DNA from: a virus
Taxonomy: Duplodnaviria > Caudoviricetes
DNA: 64,000 nucleotides
Strand: one strand, 5' to 3'
IMG/VR virus record: IMGVR_UViG_3300001580_000006
Coordinates: 96,001-160,000 of that record
This document shows positions 30,263-41,083 of the stretch, in pieces. A program made the translations under genes and the position numbers. The notes beneath the pieces are model-generated. The model saw nothing but the letters and a program-made list of their open reading frames with translations. It ran no database searches and was not told the origin of the DNA. The stretch's first letter is position 1, and the number at the start of each line of letters is the position of its first letter.

Positions 30263-30655
30263 TTATTCAATATCTCCATCTGATTCCTCCCTAGGGCTTT
30301 CTACGTTGTCTGGCGGTAGCTGTGTAATTAGCGATCTGACTATGTCCGTCATCTCAGCTAGTACAATCAGCTGTGTGCCAACTTTAACATACGCCTGGTT
30401 TTTATATTTACGAAACGTTCCGCCAAATGATATCTGTGCTCCGGCAGACATCTTTGGTATTATTGGATCATCTGCTCTGCCGTACCATTGGACGTTTAGT
30501 GTGAACTCCTCTGTTATAGCCTTACCTTTAGCGCCGGTGAACACCTCTGCGCTTAGTACCTTGAAATATAATGTGCCATAACCAGGGTTAGTTCTACTAG
30601 CATCCCACGCTGGATCGGTAGAGACTAGACCAACTACGGTTACAAAAATCATCAA
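30263..30655 (-). CDS. possible OB-fold single-stranded DNA-binding protein
   Basis: V.VVG.V..DP, V.WYG, G..I...G.F, acidic C-terminus; near the recombination genes. Confidence 0.45.
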   Translation of the reverse strand: MMIFVTVVGLVSTDPAWDASRTNPGYGTLYFKVLSAEVFTGAKGKAITEEFTLNVQWYGRADDPIIPKMSAGAQISFGGTFRKYKNQAYVKVGTQLIVLAEMTDIVRSLITQLPPDNVESPREESDGDIE

Positions 30656-32523
30656 CTACCTTTTGCTTTTGCTCTAGCAGTAGATATATTGTTAGAGCAT
30701 TGTTGTGCTATGGCAGATGCTTTGTCAAAGTCTATGCCAAATTTTTCCTTGAGAAATGTATTTACTGAATCAGTGGTGTCCTGTGGCCATTGATCCTCAA
30801 ATCCAAAGCCAACGAACTGGTGCTTGGGTTTTTCATCAGTAGTTTTATTACCAAAGCCTATTCCTTTGCTTTTGCTTCCAGCTGCTATAGATGCTAGCAC
30901 TATAGCTGAACTTAAGTATGCTGTACGCCCAAGAGTGTCAGTAACAAAGCCATTGGTAAGCATATTTCTTACTATATCTGCAACTGTGGAGTGCGCAGCA
31001 TCTAAATTGTCTAGAACAAGAATGGGGTTATTAAATGTATTCAACTGTGTAATAAGGGATCCGCCCTTGTCAGAAAGGATATAACCAGCTGGAGCGCCTA
31101 ACCACCTATTTACTGTAGATGAATCAATAAACTCCTGTAGATCATAGTAGATAACTGCGTTTCTTCCATACAGTGCAAAGCTTAACTCTTCAGCATATAC
31201 CGATAGTAGTCCTTTGTTTGGGGTGCTTATTAGCGCACTCGCCAGTGGTTTGCGATAAGATTTAGCTAGCCCTTGGGCTACAATGCTTTCTGTAGTCTTA
31301 GAGCAATTAGGAAGAAGGGTCGTTAAGTACGATAAGCTCGTTAATAGCTTGCTAGTGTCTTTGGTAACCATGGCGGCTAAAAACGGATTCTCATTACGGG
31401 ATAATACGTCAGCTACTATGCCATCATTGACTTGCGCCGTGTTCTTAAGTCTGGCTCTAGCCATCAGCGAGTCAATAAACGATAGGGCTGCATCTGGTTG
31501 ACTGTGGTTCGGGCTATAGAATGTGCTATATGTTACAAGATCAGAGACGTTGTCCATTGGTATACCAACCTGGTGGTAGCCTTCGTATACCGGTGCTACT
31601 TTAGTAACCAGTTTAATTACTTCATCAAAGGGCAGCTCACCTACGTTTATTCTCTGTACTCGGCGCTCTAGTGCACGATCAGGTTCTATGCTTCCAGCGA
31701 ATTCTTGTGGGGTAGTAGAGCCTATCAATCTGATATCACGCCTGGCTAAAGCAGGTTTCAATATGTTTGCGGCATCAGAAGTCTGCATAGACTTGGTGGC
31801 AAATAAGGAATGGATTTCGTCAGCGAATAATATTACCCAAGGTAAGCTAGCACACTCCATAATGATTTGCTGAAGAACCGCGGCTACTTGTGAGCTGTGA
31901 TCACTGCGAGCCATTATCTGAGACGGAGACAGCTCTAGTATAACTGATTGAGACAAAGGACCACGAATAGTGCCATCCACCATTCTTTGTGCCAGACCTT
32001 CAATAATGGCAGTTTTACCAACACCAGCAGGTCCTACTAGTACAGGATTTGCTTTGTTACGACGCATTAGGGTCTGAACGATGGCATCTATAATATCCTG
32101 TCTTCCATATACTGGGTCCAGCTCTCCATCAATAGCTTCTTTGGTTATATTCCTAGTTATCTTACCTAGTAGGAAGCCAGAGTCAGATATATAATGACAG
32201 CGCTGGGTAAGCAGATCTATATCAGCTTTAGGTTGCTCTACTACAATGTCATCAGATATAATGCCTAGCTTCCTACATATTCCTATAAGGTCATCTATGT
32301 CTGTATAATGTTTTTGACTTGTATTGGCTAAGTCTTTTAGAACGCAGTCTAAGACTTTGTCGGCCTTAATGTTATCCATCAACGGTACTGCTGAAAATTT
32401 ATCCGGTGCTAATTCATATATCGCAGTTATGATGGCTACACGTTCTGGCGTATTGGCCAAAATCAGCTCGTTTATGCGGCGTAGCGCTGAGACAAGTCTA
32501 AACGAATACAGAGCAGATTTCAT
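30652..32523 (-). CDS. ClpA/ClpB-like AAA+ ATPase with degenerate second AAA module
   Basis: [56 protein letters not shown]. Confidence 0.88.
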   Translation of the reverse strand: MKSALYSFRLVSALRRINELILANTPERVAIITAIYELAPDKFSAVPLMDNIKADKVLDCVLKDLANTSQKHYTDIDDLIGICRKLGIISDDIVVEQPKADIDLLTQRCHYISDSGFLLGKITRNITKEAIDGELDPVYGRQDIIDAIVQTLMRRNKANPVLVGPAGVGKTAIIEGLAQRMVDGTIRGPLSQSVILELSPSQIMARSDHSSQVAAVLQQIIMECASLPWVILFADEIHSLFATKSMQTSDAANILKPALARRDIRLIGSTTPQEFAGSIEPDRALERRVQRINVGELPFDEVIKLVTKVAPVYEGYHQVGIPMDNVSDLVTYSTFYSPNHSQPDAALSFIDSLMARARLKNTAQVNDGIVADVLSRNENPFLAAMVTKDTSKLLTSLSYLTTLLPNCSKTTESIVAQGLAKSYRKPLASALISTPNKGLLSVYAEELSFALYGRNAVIYYDLQEFIDSSTVNRWLGAPAGYILSDKGGSLITQLNTFNNPILVLDNLDAAHSTVADIVRNMLTNGFVTDTLGRTAYLSSAIVLASIAAGSKSKGIGFGNKTTDEKPKHQFVGFGFEDQWPQDTTDSVNTFLKEKFGIDFDKASAIAQQCSNNISTARAKAKGS

Positions 32524-33206
32524 TACTGAATCGCATTCTCATTTGGGTTTCGAATGTTGTCAAACACCTGTTCGATCATATTGACTATCTTATCCTCGTC
32601 ATACATATAGCCCATCTCGCGTAGAAGAATCTCCTGGCTACCGAAGTCTATCTTTGACCCGGTTCCGGGGTCCTGGTAACCGAACATGAAGAACTTGTAG
32701 TTATTGATTGGGTGGTAGACATTCTTCGACTTCATGTAGTAGATCCTGCCTAGTCCGAAAGCGGCGCAAGCTCTACGGAACGCATCAGTAGCAGCTGACT
32801 TCACCACCTCAGTATTGCCCCTGAACTCGCCTTCGTTGCCAGCAACGGCATCGCCTTCGCCTACTTCTTGACGAGAGATAATACCCATATCGGTCTTGAT
32901 GGATATAGTGCACTTGACGGCAGCGGTCATACGTTTGTCTGTCTTGGTAACATCAGCTATCTGAATCTCAGAGTTCCAGTTGTGCGTGCCAATCCTACGA
33001 TCAAGCTCTTCCTGAGCTTTCTGCTTATCATAGTACACTAGAACTGAAGCACAGGGACGTTTGCCAAACTTCTGGTGGTTGAATTCCTTGATGACGCTCC
33101 CGGGCCGTAGGCTAAGAGCCTGGCCAGGAAACGGAATGGATAGCAGCGTGCTTAGGTGGGTGGCCGGTACACCATCTTTGAATATTAGGTCTGCGTTGGT
33201 TTTCAT
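32523..33206 (-). CDS. Rad52/Sak-like single-strand annealing protein
   Basis: L..PF, Y.D.....LD...G..NW, K.AATDAFRRAC..FGLGR.YY. Confidence 0.8.
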   Translation of the reverse strand: MKTNADLIFKDGVPATHLSTLLSIPFPGQALSLRPGSVIKEFNHQKFGKRPCASVLVYYDKQKAQEELDRRIGTHNWNSEIQIADVTKTDKRMTAAVKCTISIKTDMGIISRQEVGEGDAVAGNEGEFRGNTEVVKSAATDAFRRACAAFGLGRIYYMKSKNVYHPINNYKFFMFGYQDPGTGSKIDFGSQEILLREMGYMYDEDKIVNMIEQVFDNIRNPNENAIQ

Positions 33207-33692
33207 TGTAGGTCTCCTATTGTTTTGTTTTCTATCTAGCTATGATAATGCCAGCTGTCGAACTTAATATTCTCGTAGCTTTTTCGTGGCATTTATCGCA
33301 CTCCACTGGTTCATTGCTTTGCGACATAGGAACTATCCTCTCAAAGGTGTTCCCACACTTGCATTGATACTCGTAGGTTGGCATTAGTTTTCTCACCTTA
33401 GTATGTGTTCTTGCGTAATATAATTATTTATTCTTTGTGTACCACTAACGAACCGCGTCTAAGTGCATAGCCTATATTAGTAATCGGTTTCCTAAATAGG
33501 TCTGTTCTGGTGAGGTACTGTGTAGAACTATCTATACTATTAAATATACTATATCTACCATTCTTATTCTTCTTTATGGTCTTTATAGACAATACCCCAC
33601 CGCTCAGTACTATAGCAAACTCATGCTCTTCATTATCGGCTAGTAGTGGAAAGAACTCGGCTTCTGATATTGGCTCCCACCCCATAAGGCTC

Positions 33693-34145
33693 CTATTCGT
33701 TAATATGAATACCACTGCGCAGCTTTCTAGATAAGTCTATTAAACCAGGTAAAAATGGTCTGTAGTACTTTAGAATGGCTGCAAATACATATTCCATTTC
33801 CTCTGCTACTTTGTCATCGTGTTCTTCAAGCTGGTCGTCAGTAAGATTCTTTTTAGCTATATCATCTCTGCACAGCTGTGGTATGTGAACTAACTCATGA
33901 AATACTGATATAGCCTTATCAGCATCTGACTGATTTCTTTTTACGAATATAGTTAGTAGCCCAAACGAGGACTTCCTAGACTTATTCTTTTTCGAAGGTG
34001 CGTGCTGCTCTATATAAGCAGTGCACTCCCTGAGATATGACGTTTCTATTATGAATACGTTTTTGCAAATCTCAATTATTTCCCAGTCAGGCTGTATGCT
34101 AATGTCGTATGCGTCAAATGTACGCTTGCATGATGCTACCGACAT
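33693..34145 (-). CDS. hypothetical protein with HExxH motif (possible zinc metallopeptidase fold)
   Basis: VFHELVH. Confidence 0.35.
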   Translation of the reverse strand: MSVASCKRTFDAYDISIQPDWEIIEICKNVFIIETSYLRECTAYIEQHAPSKKNKSRKSSFGLLTIFVKRNQSDADKAISVFHELVHIPQLCRDDIAKKNLTDDQLEEHDDKVAEEMEYVFAAILKYYRPFLPGLIDLSRKLRSGIHINE

Positions 34146-34200
34146 GCTTTGTCCGTCTTCGGTATTACTCTTATAGTCGGCTTGCCGGCATTAAGAACCT

Positions 34201-34545
34201 TTAATACTTTACTAGCACGCCCGATTTTAGTTGCTCTTGCAATAGCCATATAAAGAACTTCATCCTTTCAGCTTGAGGCCATGATTTTACCACAAAATCT
34301 ATGAATAAGTCAAGCATTATTTTTTGGTAATAGTTGCGGTTATGTACTTGCTTAGACCAGAATGACTTAAACCCCTGCTTGTGCTCACCTTCTATATGGT
34401 GTTTTTTACACAACGGTATAGCTGTCATGTCACTAGCTTTAAGTGCCATTCCGCCGCCATCTTCGTGTGCAGCTTCCGATACTTGGCCACAAAGAACGCA
34501 GGGCTTTGATCTAATAAACTTAAGGTACTGATCTCCGTATTTCAT
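34201..34545 (-). CDS. DUF968-like HNH-type nuclease
   Basis: FIRS.PC..CG...AAH.....KASD...IPLC..HH...H. Confidence 0.75.
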   Translation of the reverse strand: MKYGDQYLKFIRSKPCVLCGQVSEAAHEDGGGMALKASDMTAIPLCKKHHIEGEHKQGFKSFWSKQVHNRNYYQKIMLDLFIDFVVKSWPQAERMKFFIWLLQEQLKSGVLVKY

Positions 34546-34958
34546 AGGTTGTCTAAATAACTTGCTATGGATGGATGATATGTCTTCACCGGCCCATAGT
34601 TAGTCCACACTATGAAAGTTTTTGTAACATTGTATGAAGGAGATAGTTGTACCCTATCTCCAACACGCACAGCTCCACACCACACATGCGTTCCATCCTG
34701 ACCGTTCTCTAAAAACGTAACGTCTGGTGGAATTTCTCGTAAGATTTTCTCTCCTCTTACAGTTGGCGAGAATGACTCCCTAGCGGCCACTAGATTATCT
34801 GTAATAGTTTTATATGTGAAGTTGCAGGATATTGGCCTACCTTCTACAAATATGTATCCGGTTGACTCATGTATGTCATCTGTAGGTGCCATTTCTACAA
34901 CATCGCCGCGTTTTACAGAAGAACCGAATGCTTGCTTATGAACTATGTATAACCTCAT
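34542..34958 (-). CDS. hypothetical protein (TNYGPV paralog family)
   Basis: VRVGD...VWTNYGPV, shared with 43678..44280. Confidence 0.55.
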   Translation of the reverse strand: MRLYIVHKQAFGSSVKRGDVVEMAPTDDIHESTGYIFVEGRPISCNFTYKTITDNLVAARESFSPTVRGEKILREIPPDVTFLENGQDGTHVWCGAVRVGDRVQLSPSYNVTKTFIVWTNYGPVKTYHPSIASYLDNL

Positions 34959-35953
34959 TCTACTTCGTCTACGACTGCCTTCTTTGGTGCAACCGTTTTG
35001 ACGGCCTCCATTATTTTAGCTTTTATGCTATCCGCTTCGCTGGCATTATCCTTCAACCATGTTATGGTATTGGCTCTACCATTGGCTATCTTATTCTCGC
35101 CGTACACAAACCAAGCACCAGCTTTTGATAGAACACCATACTTTATGCCGATATCTAAAATCTCCCCGGTAGAGTTAATGCCCTCGCCAAAGATGATTTC
35201 AAACTCAGCTTCACGGAATGGCGGAGCTAGTTTATTCTTCTGGACTACCACCTTGGTCATCTTGCCAGTCTTAACTTCGCCTTCTTTTATCATTTCGGTT
35301 TGGGTTACACGAAGTCTTACCGATGACCAGAACTTTAGGGCTAAACCACCAGGAGTAGTCTCTGGGTTGCCAAACATCACACCAATCTTAAGTCTGGTCT
35401 GGTTGGTAAACGCAACCAAGGTATTAGTTTTAGATGCATTACCAACAATTTTACGAAGAGCCTGGCCCATAAGCCTAGCCTGTAGGCCCATGTGGGAGTC
35501 ACCCATGTCGCCCTCTAGTTCAGCCTTTGGAACTAAGCCGGCCACTGAGTCGATTACTATAATTCCATACTCACCGGCTGCGCACGCTTGGTCAACTACA
35601 TCTAGTGCCATCTCTCCATAATCTGGTTGGTGATAGTCCATGGCTTCTACGTCGACACCTAGCTTAGCTGCATACACTTTGTCTAGAGCAAACTCTGCGT
35701 CAACATATAGAGCTTTAGCGCCACGTTTCTGAGCTTGAGCTATTAGACTAAGGCACAGCGTAGTCTTACCAGACATTTCTGGTCCATATATCTCTATAAC
35801 TCTGCCTCGTGGCATACCACCAATACCTAGAGCTACATCCAGACCAAGTGATCCGGTGGGTATAAAGTCTACTATTTCTGGGGCGTCGTTGAACGTTTGT
35901 ATAGTACCCTTACCATACTTTTTATTTATACTTGCAATGAACTCACCGGCCAT
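34955..35953 (-). CDS. recA: RecA recombinase
   Basis: [44 protein letters not shown]. Confidence 0.97.
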   Translation of the reverse strand: MAGEFIASINKKYGKGTIQTFNDAPEIVDFIPTGSLGLDVALGIGGMPRGRVIEIYGPEMSGKTTLCLSLIAQAQKRGAKALYVDAEFALDKVYAAKLGVDVEAMDYHQPDYGEMALDVVDQACAAGEYGIIVIDSVAGLVPKAELEGDMGDSHMGLQARLMGQALRKIVGNASKTNTLVAFTNQTRLKIGVMFGNPETTPGGLALKFWSSVRLRVTQTEMIKEGEVKTGKMTKVVVQKNKLAPPFREAEFEIIFGEGINSTGEILDIGIKYGVLSKAGAWFVYGENKIANGRANTITWLKDNASEADSIKAKIMEAVKTVAPKKAVVDEVE

Positions 35954-36257
35954 TTTTAGTCTCCCATATTTTTAATTGATTAGGATTGTCGTAAAATACA
36001 TCTGCTATTATAGTAACTCGTCGGTGCGGCACTAGCTCCTTTATAGCCTTAACATCGCTGAGTTCAACTAGTGGCTTTCCGCACATACAGTATAGCTCTA
36101 CTGACACTGACTGTATATCATTTTCTGCGGTAGCCCGCTCAGGCGTATGCCAGCCCTCAAGCTGAGTAAACTTACGAGACTTGACTATATACCTATACCC
36201 AAACTTGTCTGAGCACCTGCGGCACTTGAATATTGTTTCCAATATCAATGGTACTCC

Positions 36258-36602
36258 TTATCCAGAACAGGTTTCACCATACATAAATTCGGATGGTGGA
36301 ATACTACCTTCAATTTTGTGCTTCTTAACCAAGTCAGCTATTTCTTTGTCTACTATAGCACAGGCTTCTGGTATAGTATAGTCTTTTAGAAGCTGCTCAG
36401 CATCCTTTCCAATGCCCCACGCATTGTTATCGTTTACTAAGACAAGCCAATCTCCAATAGTTGTCTGTCCATAGTATGAATCACTATTGTCATTAGCACC
36501 AAGGGCTTTAGCTAGCCTGTCAGCAACAGTTGGAACAGTAATACCAATTATACAAAAGCTGGCGCTTGAGCTATTCGATACGAAACCAGTTCTTACCTTC
36601 AT
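36258..36602 (-). CDS. FVSNSSS-leader family protein
   Basis: MKVRTGFVSNSSSASF. Confidence 0.7.
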   Translation of the reverse strand: MKVRTGFVSNSSSASFCIIGITVPTVADRLAKALGANDNSDSYYGQTTIGDWLVLVNDNNAWGIGKDAEQLLKDYTIPEACAIVDKEIADLVKKHKIEGSIPPSEFMYGETCSG

Positions 36603-36886
36603 CCGTTATATCCTCCATCTATGTACCAGTTCAGATTTTCTGCTCTAGCCTCAATACCAACAGAGGCAAGCTGTGCCACTACCCTATTCTTAAACTCTAA
36701 TAGTGTTTCGCTGTCTTTCATGTCTGTTGGTGGCAGTCCTACAAACCTGTCGTCTTCGCAGTATTCTCCGATACCGGAGTGTGACTCCAAATCAGTGCCT
36801 TTTAATGAGCCACAGTCACGCTGTACGCCTAGTATGCAAAAGCTGGAGCTTGAGCTGTTTGAAACGAATCCTTTTCTAATCTTCAT
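36599..36886 (-). CDS. FVSNSSS-leader family protein
   Basis: MKIRKGFVSNSSSSSF. Confidence 0.7.
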   Translation of the reverse strand: MKIRKGFVSNSSSSSFCILGVQRDCGSLKGTDLESHSGIGEYCEDDRFVGLPPTDMKDSETLLEFKNRVVAQLASVGIEARAENLNWYIDGGYNG

Positions 36887-37102
36887 TTTCCTTTGGTGCC
36901 TCCACTATAATTTCTACGTACTCTATGGTCCAAATACCAGCATGGTTTTTGTACGGTACACAGCTAGCTGTATATATGGTCTCGTCTCCTGTAAACTCTT
37001 CTTTGTCAGTCAACCTAAACATAGAGCCATTGGGTACATCCTGAAGTTCACAGTCTAGCCATTTCCCGTCCACCCTATGCTGAAAGTGCCTACCCATCTT
37101 CA

Positions 37103-37615
37103 TTATCGGTCATCTCCACTGCCTTGTAGTACCCCACGGTCTTTACGTGAGTACAGTTTGTTTATGTTCTCTTTTGCTACATCGTCCATTCTTAATCCAA
37201 GCTCAGAACAAGTAGCTGCAATATACCACAGAACGTCGCCAAGCTCTTTACGAACCTGCTCTACGTACTCGGCGTCTAGCTGGTAACTACCGCGATCCCG
37301 TATCATCTTCTTTGTCTTCTCAGCCACCTCTCCAGCTTCACCAGCCAAACCAAGGACGGTGTACTGTACGTTGGTTCCAATATTTGGATATATGGCTACA
37401 CTGTTGGCTTTGTCTTGATATTCATTAAAATCCATTACGCTTCCAGTGCTGTTACAGTATTGGCAAGGCTCTTCTACTTGCTCTGAGCCCCAACTAGTTT
37501 GCTGACCAGCTAAAGATCTATCGCCGGCATCTATAGCCATATCCATTGTTATAGTCATAGACACTGGTTGTTCATAGCATGTAGCTCCTTGGCCGTGGCA
37601 TATCGGGCATCTCAT
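37103..37615 (-). CDS. MazG-like NTP pyrophosphohydrolase with N-terminal CxxCxGxG zinc finger
   Basis: LGLAGEAGEV...KK..RD, ELGDVLWY, N..KL..R..RG...GSGD.R. Confidence 0.85.
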   Translation of the reverse strand: MRCPICHGQGATCYEQPVSMTITMDMAIDAGDRSLAGQQTSWGSEQVEEPCQYCNSTGSVMDFNEYQDKANSVAIYPNIGTNVQYTVLGLAGEAGEVAEKTKKMIRDRGSYQLDAEYVEQVRKELGDVLWYIAATCSELGLRMDDVAKENINKLYSRKDRGVLQGSGDDR

Positions 37616-37790
37616 ATCTCTCTGCCTTCACTATCGAATACCTTAATACAGTCTGTCAGAAAGTTTTCGACGGTGCTATTGCCATTCTCAATGTCTTCAT
37701 AGAATTTGCTGATAATATCGCCAACATCAGCGTCATTATCAGGAAAATCTACCTCTTCGGTATACGATATTTTTATCTTGTACTTAGCCA

Positions 37791-38930
37791 TCAGTTGTCC
37801 TCCTCCATTCTTTCTGCTAAACCTACTGGTAGAAACGGTATACCGTCCTCTGTAAGGAACTGATATTTAACTACTAACATTTTGCCGATCCAATTTTTGC
37901 GGTCTTTCCAGATTTCAGCGCGCTCTTCCATAGATGTCTTCATTACCACCTTGAAGGTCAGGCCTTTCTTTGCTTCGCAGACAAACACAGCGCAGCCTTT
38001 CATTTTGCCTACGCCTTCCTCAACGTCTACGATTTTAAATTCGCTATCTACGAAGGCTTTCACCTTTAGTAGGTCGGCAGAGCGATGTCCAAACGAATAC
38101 ATTCCTGCTTTAGCCCGAACAATAGCTCCTTCATATCCTTGCTTGACAAACTTAAGGCGTAGCTTTTCCACCTCGTCAGCGTCCTTTGCTTCTACCGTCT
38201 CTACTATTACTAGGTCATTTTCGTTTGACGTAAATGGAGTTGCCAGTTTAAGGCCACTCAGCCTTGCTTCCCACGGTAGTTTACTATCTCCGTCTATGGT
38301 CGGCATATCATAAATGTTGTAACTTATGGCTTCAGAGCCTTCACGATTCTTTTTTACTAAGCGATTGATAGCCTGTAGTCCTATACCATGAACATATAGT
38401 TCACCGTCTAGCACACTCTTTTTATTAGACTTAAAGAATGGCTCTAATGCCTTAACGATGTGCGGGACGTTATATTCTTTTCCACTACGTGAAAGCAACA
38501 CTACGCGCTTTCCGTCCCACCTAGCCAAACAACGTACGCCATCTAGCTTAGGCTGAGCATCTACAGGATATTTTAATTTCTTGTTACGGTCCTCAAATTT
38601 ATGTGCGAGCATGGGTAGCATAAGCTGCTCATTAGCTTCGTCCATAGTCTCAGAATACTTACGATCTAACTTATTCTGCCACAAAGCTTTGGCTTCAAAT
38701 GCAGCCTGAGCTTCAGCGTTACGCTCATTGGACCGGCCAACGTTGGTTGGCTTGGCTTCATACTTAGCAACCTGCTTCTTACCATCTATTTGACCATATT
38801 CGGTACAGACATTCTTTCCTTCAGTCCACACCTTCCATGTAAATATGGCTCCACCCTTACCTTTCTGATAGAGGATGGGGTGCGGGGTGTCAGTTTCCTG
38901 GTGATCTGTATTTCCAAAGTAATGACTCAT
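37791..38930 (-). CDS. ATP-dependent DNA ligase
   Basis: PMLA, QPKLDGVR, SRSGK, LDGELY, GYEG..VR, LLKVK, G.P..P. Confidence 0.92.
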   Translation of the reverse strand: MSHYFGNTDHQETDTPHPILYQKGKGGAIFTWKVWTEGKNVCTEYGQIDGKKQVAKYEAKPTNVGRSNERNAEAQAAFEAKALWQNKLDRKYSETMDEANEQLMLPMLAHKFEDRNKKLKYPVDAQPKLDGVRCLARWDGKRVVLLSRSGKEYNVPHIVKALEPFFKSNKKSVLDGELYVHGIGLQAINRLVKKNREGSEAISYNIYDMPTIDGDSKLPWEARLSGLKLATPFTSNENDLVIVETVEAKDADEVEKLRLKFVKQGYEGAIVRAKAGMYSFGHRSADLLKVKAFVDSEFKIVDVEEGVGKMKGCAVFVCEAKKGLTFKVVMKTSMEERAEIWKDRKNWIGKMLVVKYQFLTEDGIPFLPVGLAERMEEDN

Positions 38931-39328
38931 TTTTAGTCCTCCTGCGGACAGGCTCTTTTACCTCTAGCCTTTTTAACGTTTGTAATGTTGTAATCAGAGC
39001 AATCAGCACAAATCTCGCTTAGTAAATTATCGAGTGCCTCCTCGGCCTCTACCTCGTCCTCTGCCGCTATCATTATCTCAGCTGTTACCTTATACCACTT
39101 GTTCATTTACTCCTCTATTATCTCTAAGGCTCCGCAGTCGTTGCCTTCTTGGTCTGAGTTAACCCAGACTTCATATGTCTTTCCTTTGTTTGCAACTTTA
39201 AAACCAAAGCCCTCTTGGTGCTCATCTGTAAAACAACTAGTAATTGTACCACCAATAAGAAGTTGCAGTATCTGCTCAGCCTCGTATGCTGCATTGTGGC
39301 TCATTTATAGTCTCCCGGTTTTGTTTTC

Positions 39329-39362
39329 AAAGTCGGAGTAGATATTAATCCGCTCCGACTTC
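39329..39362 (-). terminator. hairpin terminator after the Ubl gene
   Basis: AAAGTCGGAG...CTCCGACTTT inverted repeat immediately downstream of the stop codon. Confidence 0.55.
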
Positions 39363-39367
39363 TACGC

Positions 39368-39589
39368 TTAGTTGGATTTCTGACGAACCTCGGCGATTAG
39401 GATGGTTCCGCCATTGATGGCCAGGGTCTGAGTTGGGCTCTCCACCAGGACAGAGTTCTGCCTAATCTCAGAGTTCGCACTGATCTCCAAGTGGGCGGTG
39501 TCGATGGCGTCCTGGACGGTGGCGTTATCTTCTAAAGCCACTGGGTTCAGAATGCCAGGCATCTTCCCAATGTTGCAGGTAATGGGCAT
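39368..39589 (-). CDS. ubiquitin-like (beta-grasp) protein
   Basis: 73 aa: strand, GKMPG turn, strand, ATVQDAI helix, IRQN, terminal strand. Last gene of the E2-JAB-E1 operon; AGGAG RBS. Confidence 0.7.
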   Translation of the reverse strand: MPITCNIGKMPGILNPVALEDNATVQDAIDTAHLEISANSEIRQNSVLVESPTQTLAINGGTILIAEVRQKSN

Positions 39590-39662
39590 CTTTGATACTC
39601 CTTGTTAATGGTTGATTGTTAACTAATCCCAATCGGGATATTATAGCATATAGGGGTGACAA

Positions 39663-40346
39663 TTATTTCCAGTTATCGGTTGCTACATAGAATGGGCGCA
39701 TGCTAACTAGAGTGTGATTAGGGTATGGCCAACCACGGTGATTACATACTAATATGTGTGAAAGCATACCAGATGCTACCTTAAGCGTTGAGCTGATAGC
39801 TCTATTTCTGCAGTCGCCCATTTCATCATCTGGTTTGTCTTCAAACAGCGTGGCCTCCCACTTCTTAATTGAGTCTTGGTCACAAGGGTTAAATGCATAT
39901 AGTCTAAAGACTTCCGATGATAGCCTAGACTCAACAAACAATTTAATGTTTGGGTTGTTCTTAATACTCGATTCCCATAACTTGCGTCTGCTGTCCCAGG
40001 TATCTACAAACAGCATTACTATACCAGATAAGCCGTTTATTTTAATTAGCTTACCTTTCGACTGAATGGGCATGAAATCCATTTCTGATATTTCAGATAC
40101 AATCTCTTTCATAGCCTGCACCTTTGGCCGGCCCCAGTCTGACTTGCGGAACACCTGGTTCGGTATATTGTGGTCCTCTATGGTATCAAAGTCATAGCCT
40201 ATACAATGCTTAACTCCCATTCTTGCAAGGGTTTCTATGACGTTGGATCCTGTAGCACCTACTCCAATAACGTGAACAGGCTCTTTCATTTCTTCTGGGT
40301 TGAATACGTCTAACTGTCTCCAGTAATCTACTTTCATTATTGCCAC
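39663..40346 (-). CDS. ThiF/E1-like ubiquitin-activating enzyme
   Basis: RQ.D, IGVGATGS, YDFDTIE.HNI.NQ, G.PKV, VD....R, Cys in MGDCR. Confidence 0.88.
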   Translation of the reverse strand: MAIMKVDYWRQLDVFNPEEMKEPVHVIGVGATGSNVIETLARMGVKHCIGYDFDTIEDHNIPNQVFRKSDWGRPKVQAMKEIVSEISEMDFMPIQSKGKLIKINGLSGIVMLFVDTWDSRRKLWESSIKNNPNIKLFVESRLSSEVFRLYAFNPCDQDSIKKWEATLFEDKPDDEMGDCRNRAISSTLKVASGMLSHILVCNHRGWPYPNHTLVSMRPFYVATDNWK

Positions 40347-41083
40347 CTTTCCATCCAGTATTTATCTACTTCTGCATACTCTTCAGCTTCTGTCCTCTCG
40401 TCTTCAAAGCGTTCGTGTATTGAGCGATCTATAAAGGGTGTGCTTATTTTAATTGGAATTCTTTTGTCCTTGATGCTATCTTTTATTACTTTGTCGATCT
40501 CGTCTTCGATGCCGTCTTCCATAGGAACGGCAATATACCAAGGAACATCGTCCCATCTCCAACCTTGCTCAAAGTTCATAATGTCTACCCGAGCTGCAAT
40601 ATTGGCGTTGAATATAATTCTGATATACCACGGCTGTGCAGAGGTCTGCAGTTTTTCTGGGTCACCGTGTAGTCTAAACTGATCTTCATCTGGTCCAGAT
40701 GGTGACACTTGGTCATCGTCTCCCCACGGGTGTAGGTGGCCCCAAGCTTTTAGCCTATTTACATCTGTCGGATTACGCTCAGCAGTTTTAAAATAGGCAT
40801 CATACATACCATCAAACGTCATTTCCGTTTCGGCTCCATGGCACTCTTGCTCTGGTATAATAATACCATCGATAAGGTATTCAGACGGTGATACCTTAGT
40901 AACAGTATGGTACCAAGATACTTCCAGCCCCTTTGGCATTCTACGAATAAGCGTAGCTATTCTATTATACACCTCTGGTGTAAACTTAACTACTGGAGGT
41001 TTATCTTTGTTGATTATAGAATATTGCGTTTTGTAGGGACCTCTTCCCTTAACCAATAACGCCTGCTTCGATGGTTCCGGCAT
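40337..41083 (-). CDS. JAB/MPN+ metallopeptidase
   Basis: EVSW, IP.QE, WGHLHP......PS..D (E, HxH, SxxD). Confidence 0.8.
   Translation of the reverse strand: MPEPSKQALLVKGRGPYKTQYSIINKDKPPVVKFTPEVYNRIATLIRRMPKGLEVSWYHTVTKVSPSEYLIDGIIIPEQECHGAETEMTFDGMYDAYFKTAERNPTDVNRLKAWGHLHPWGDDDQVSPSGPDEDQFRLHGDPEKLQTSAQPWYIRIIFNANIAARVDIMNFEQGWRWDDVPWYIAVPMEDGIEDEIDKVIKDSIKDKRIPIKISTPFIDRSIHERFEDERTEAEEYAEVDKYWMERWQ

Noticed and set aside
39663-40346. ThiF as a thiamine or molybdopterin biosynthesis gene
   Set aside because: No thiG, moaE or sulfurtransferase nearby; the JAB and E2-like neighbours favour protein conjugation.
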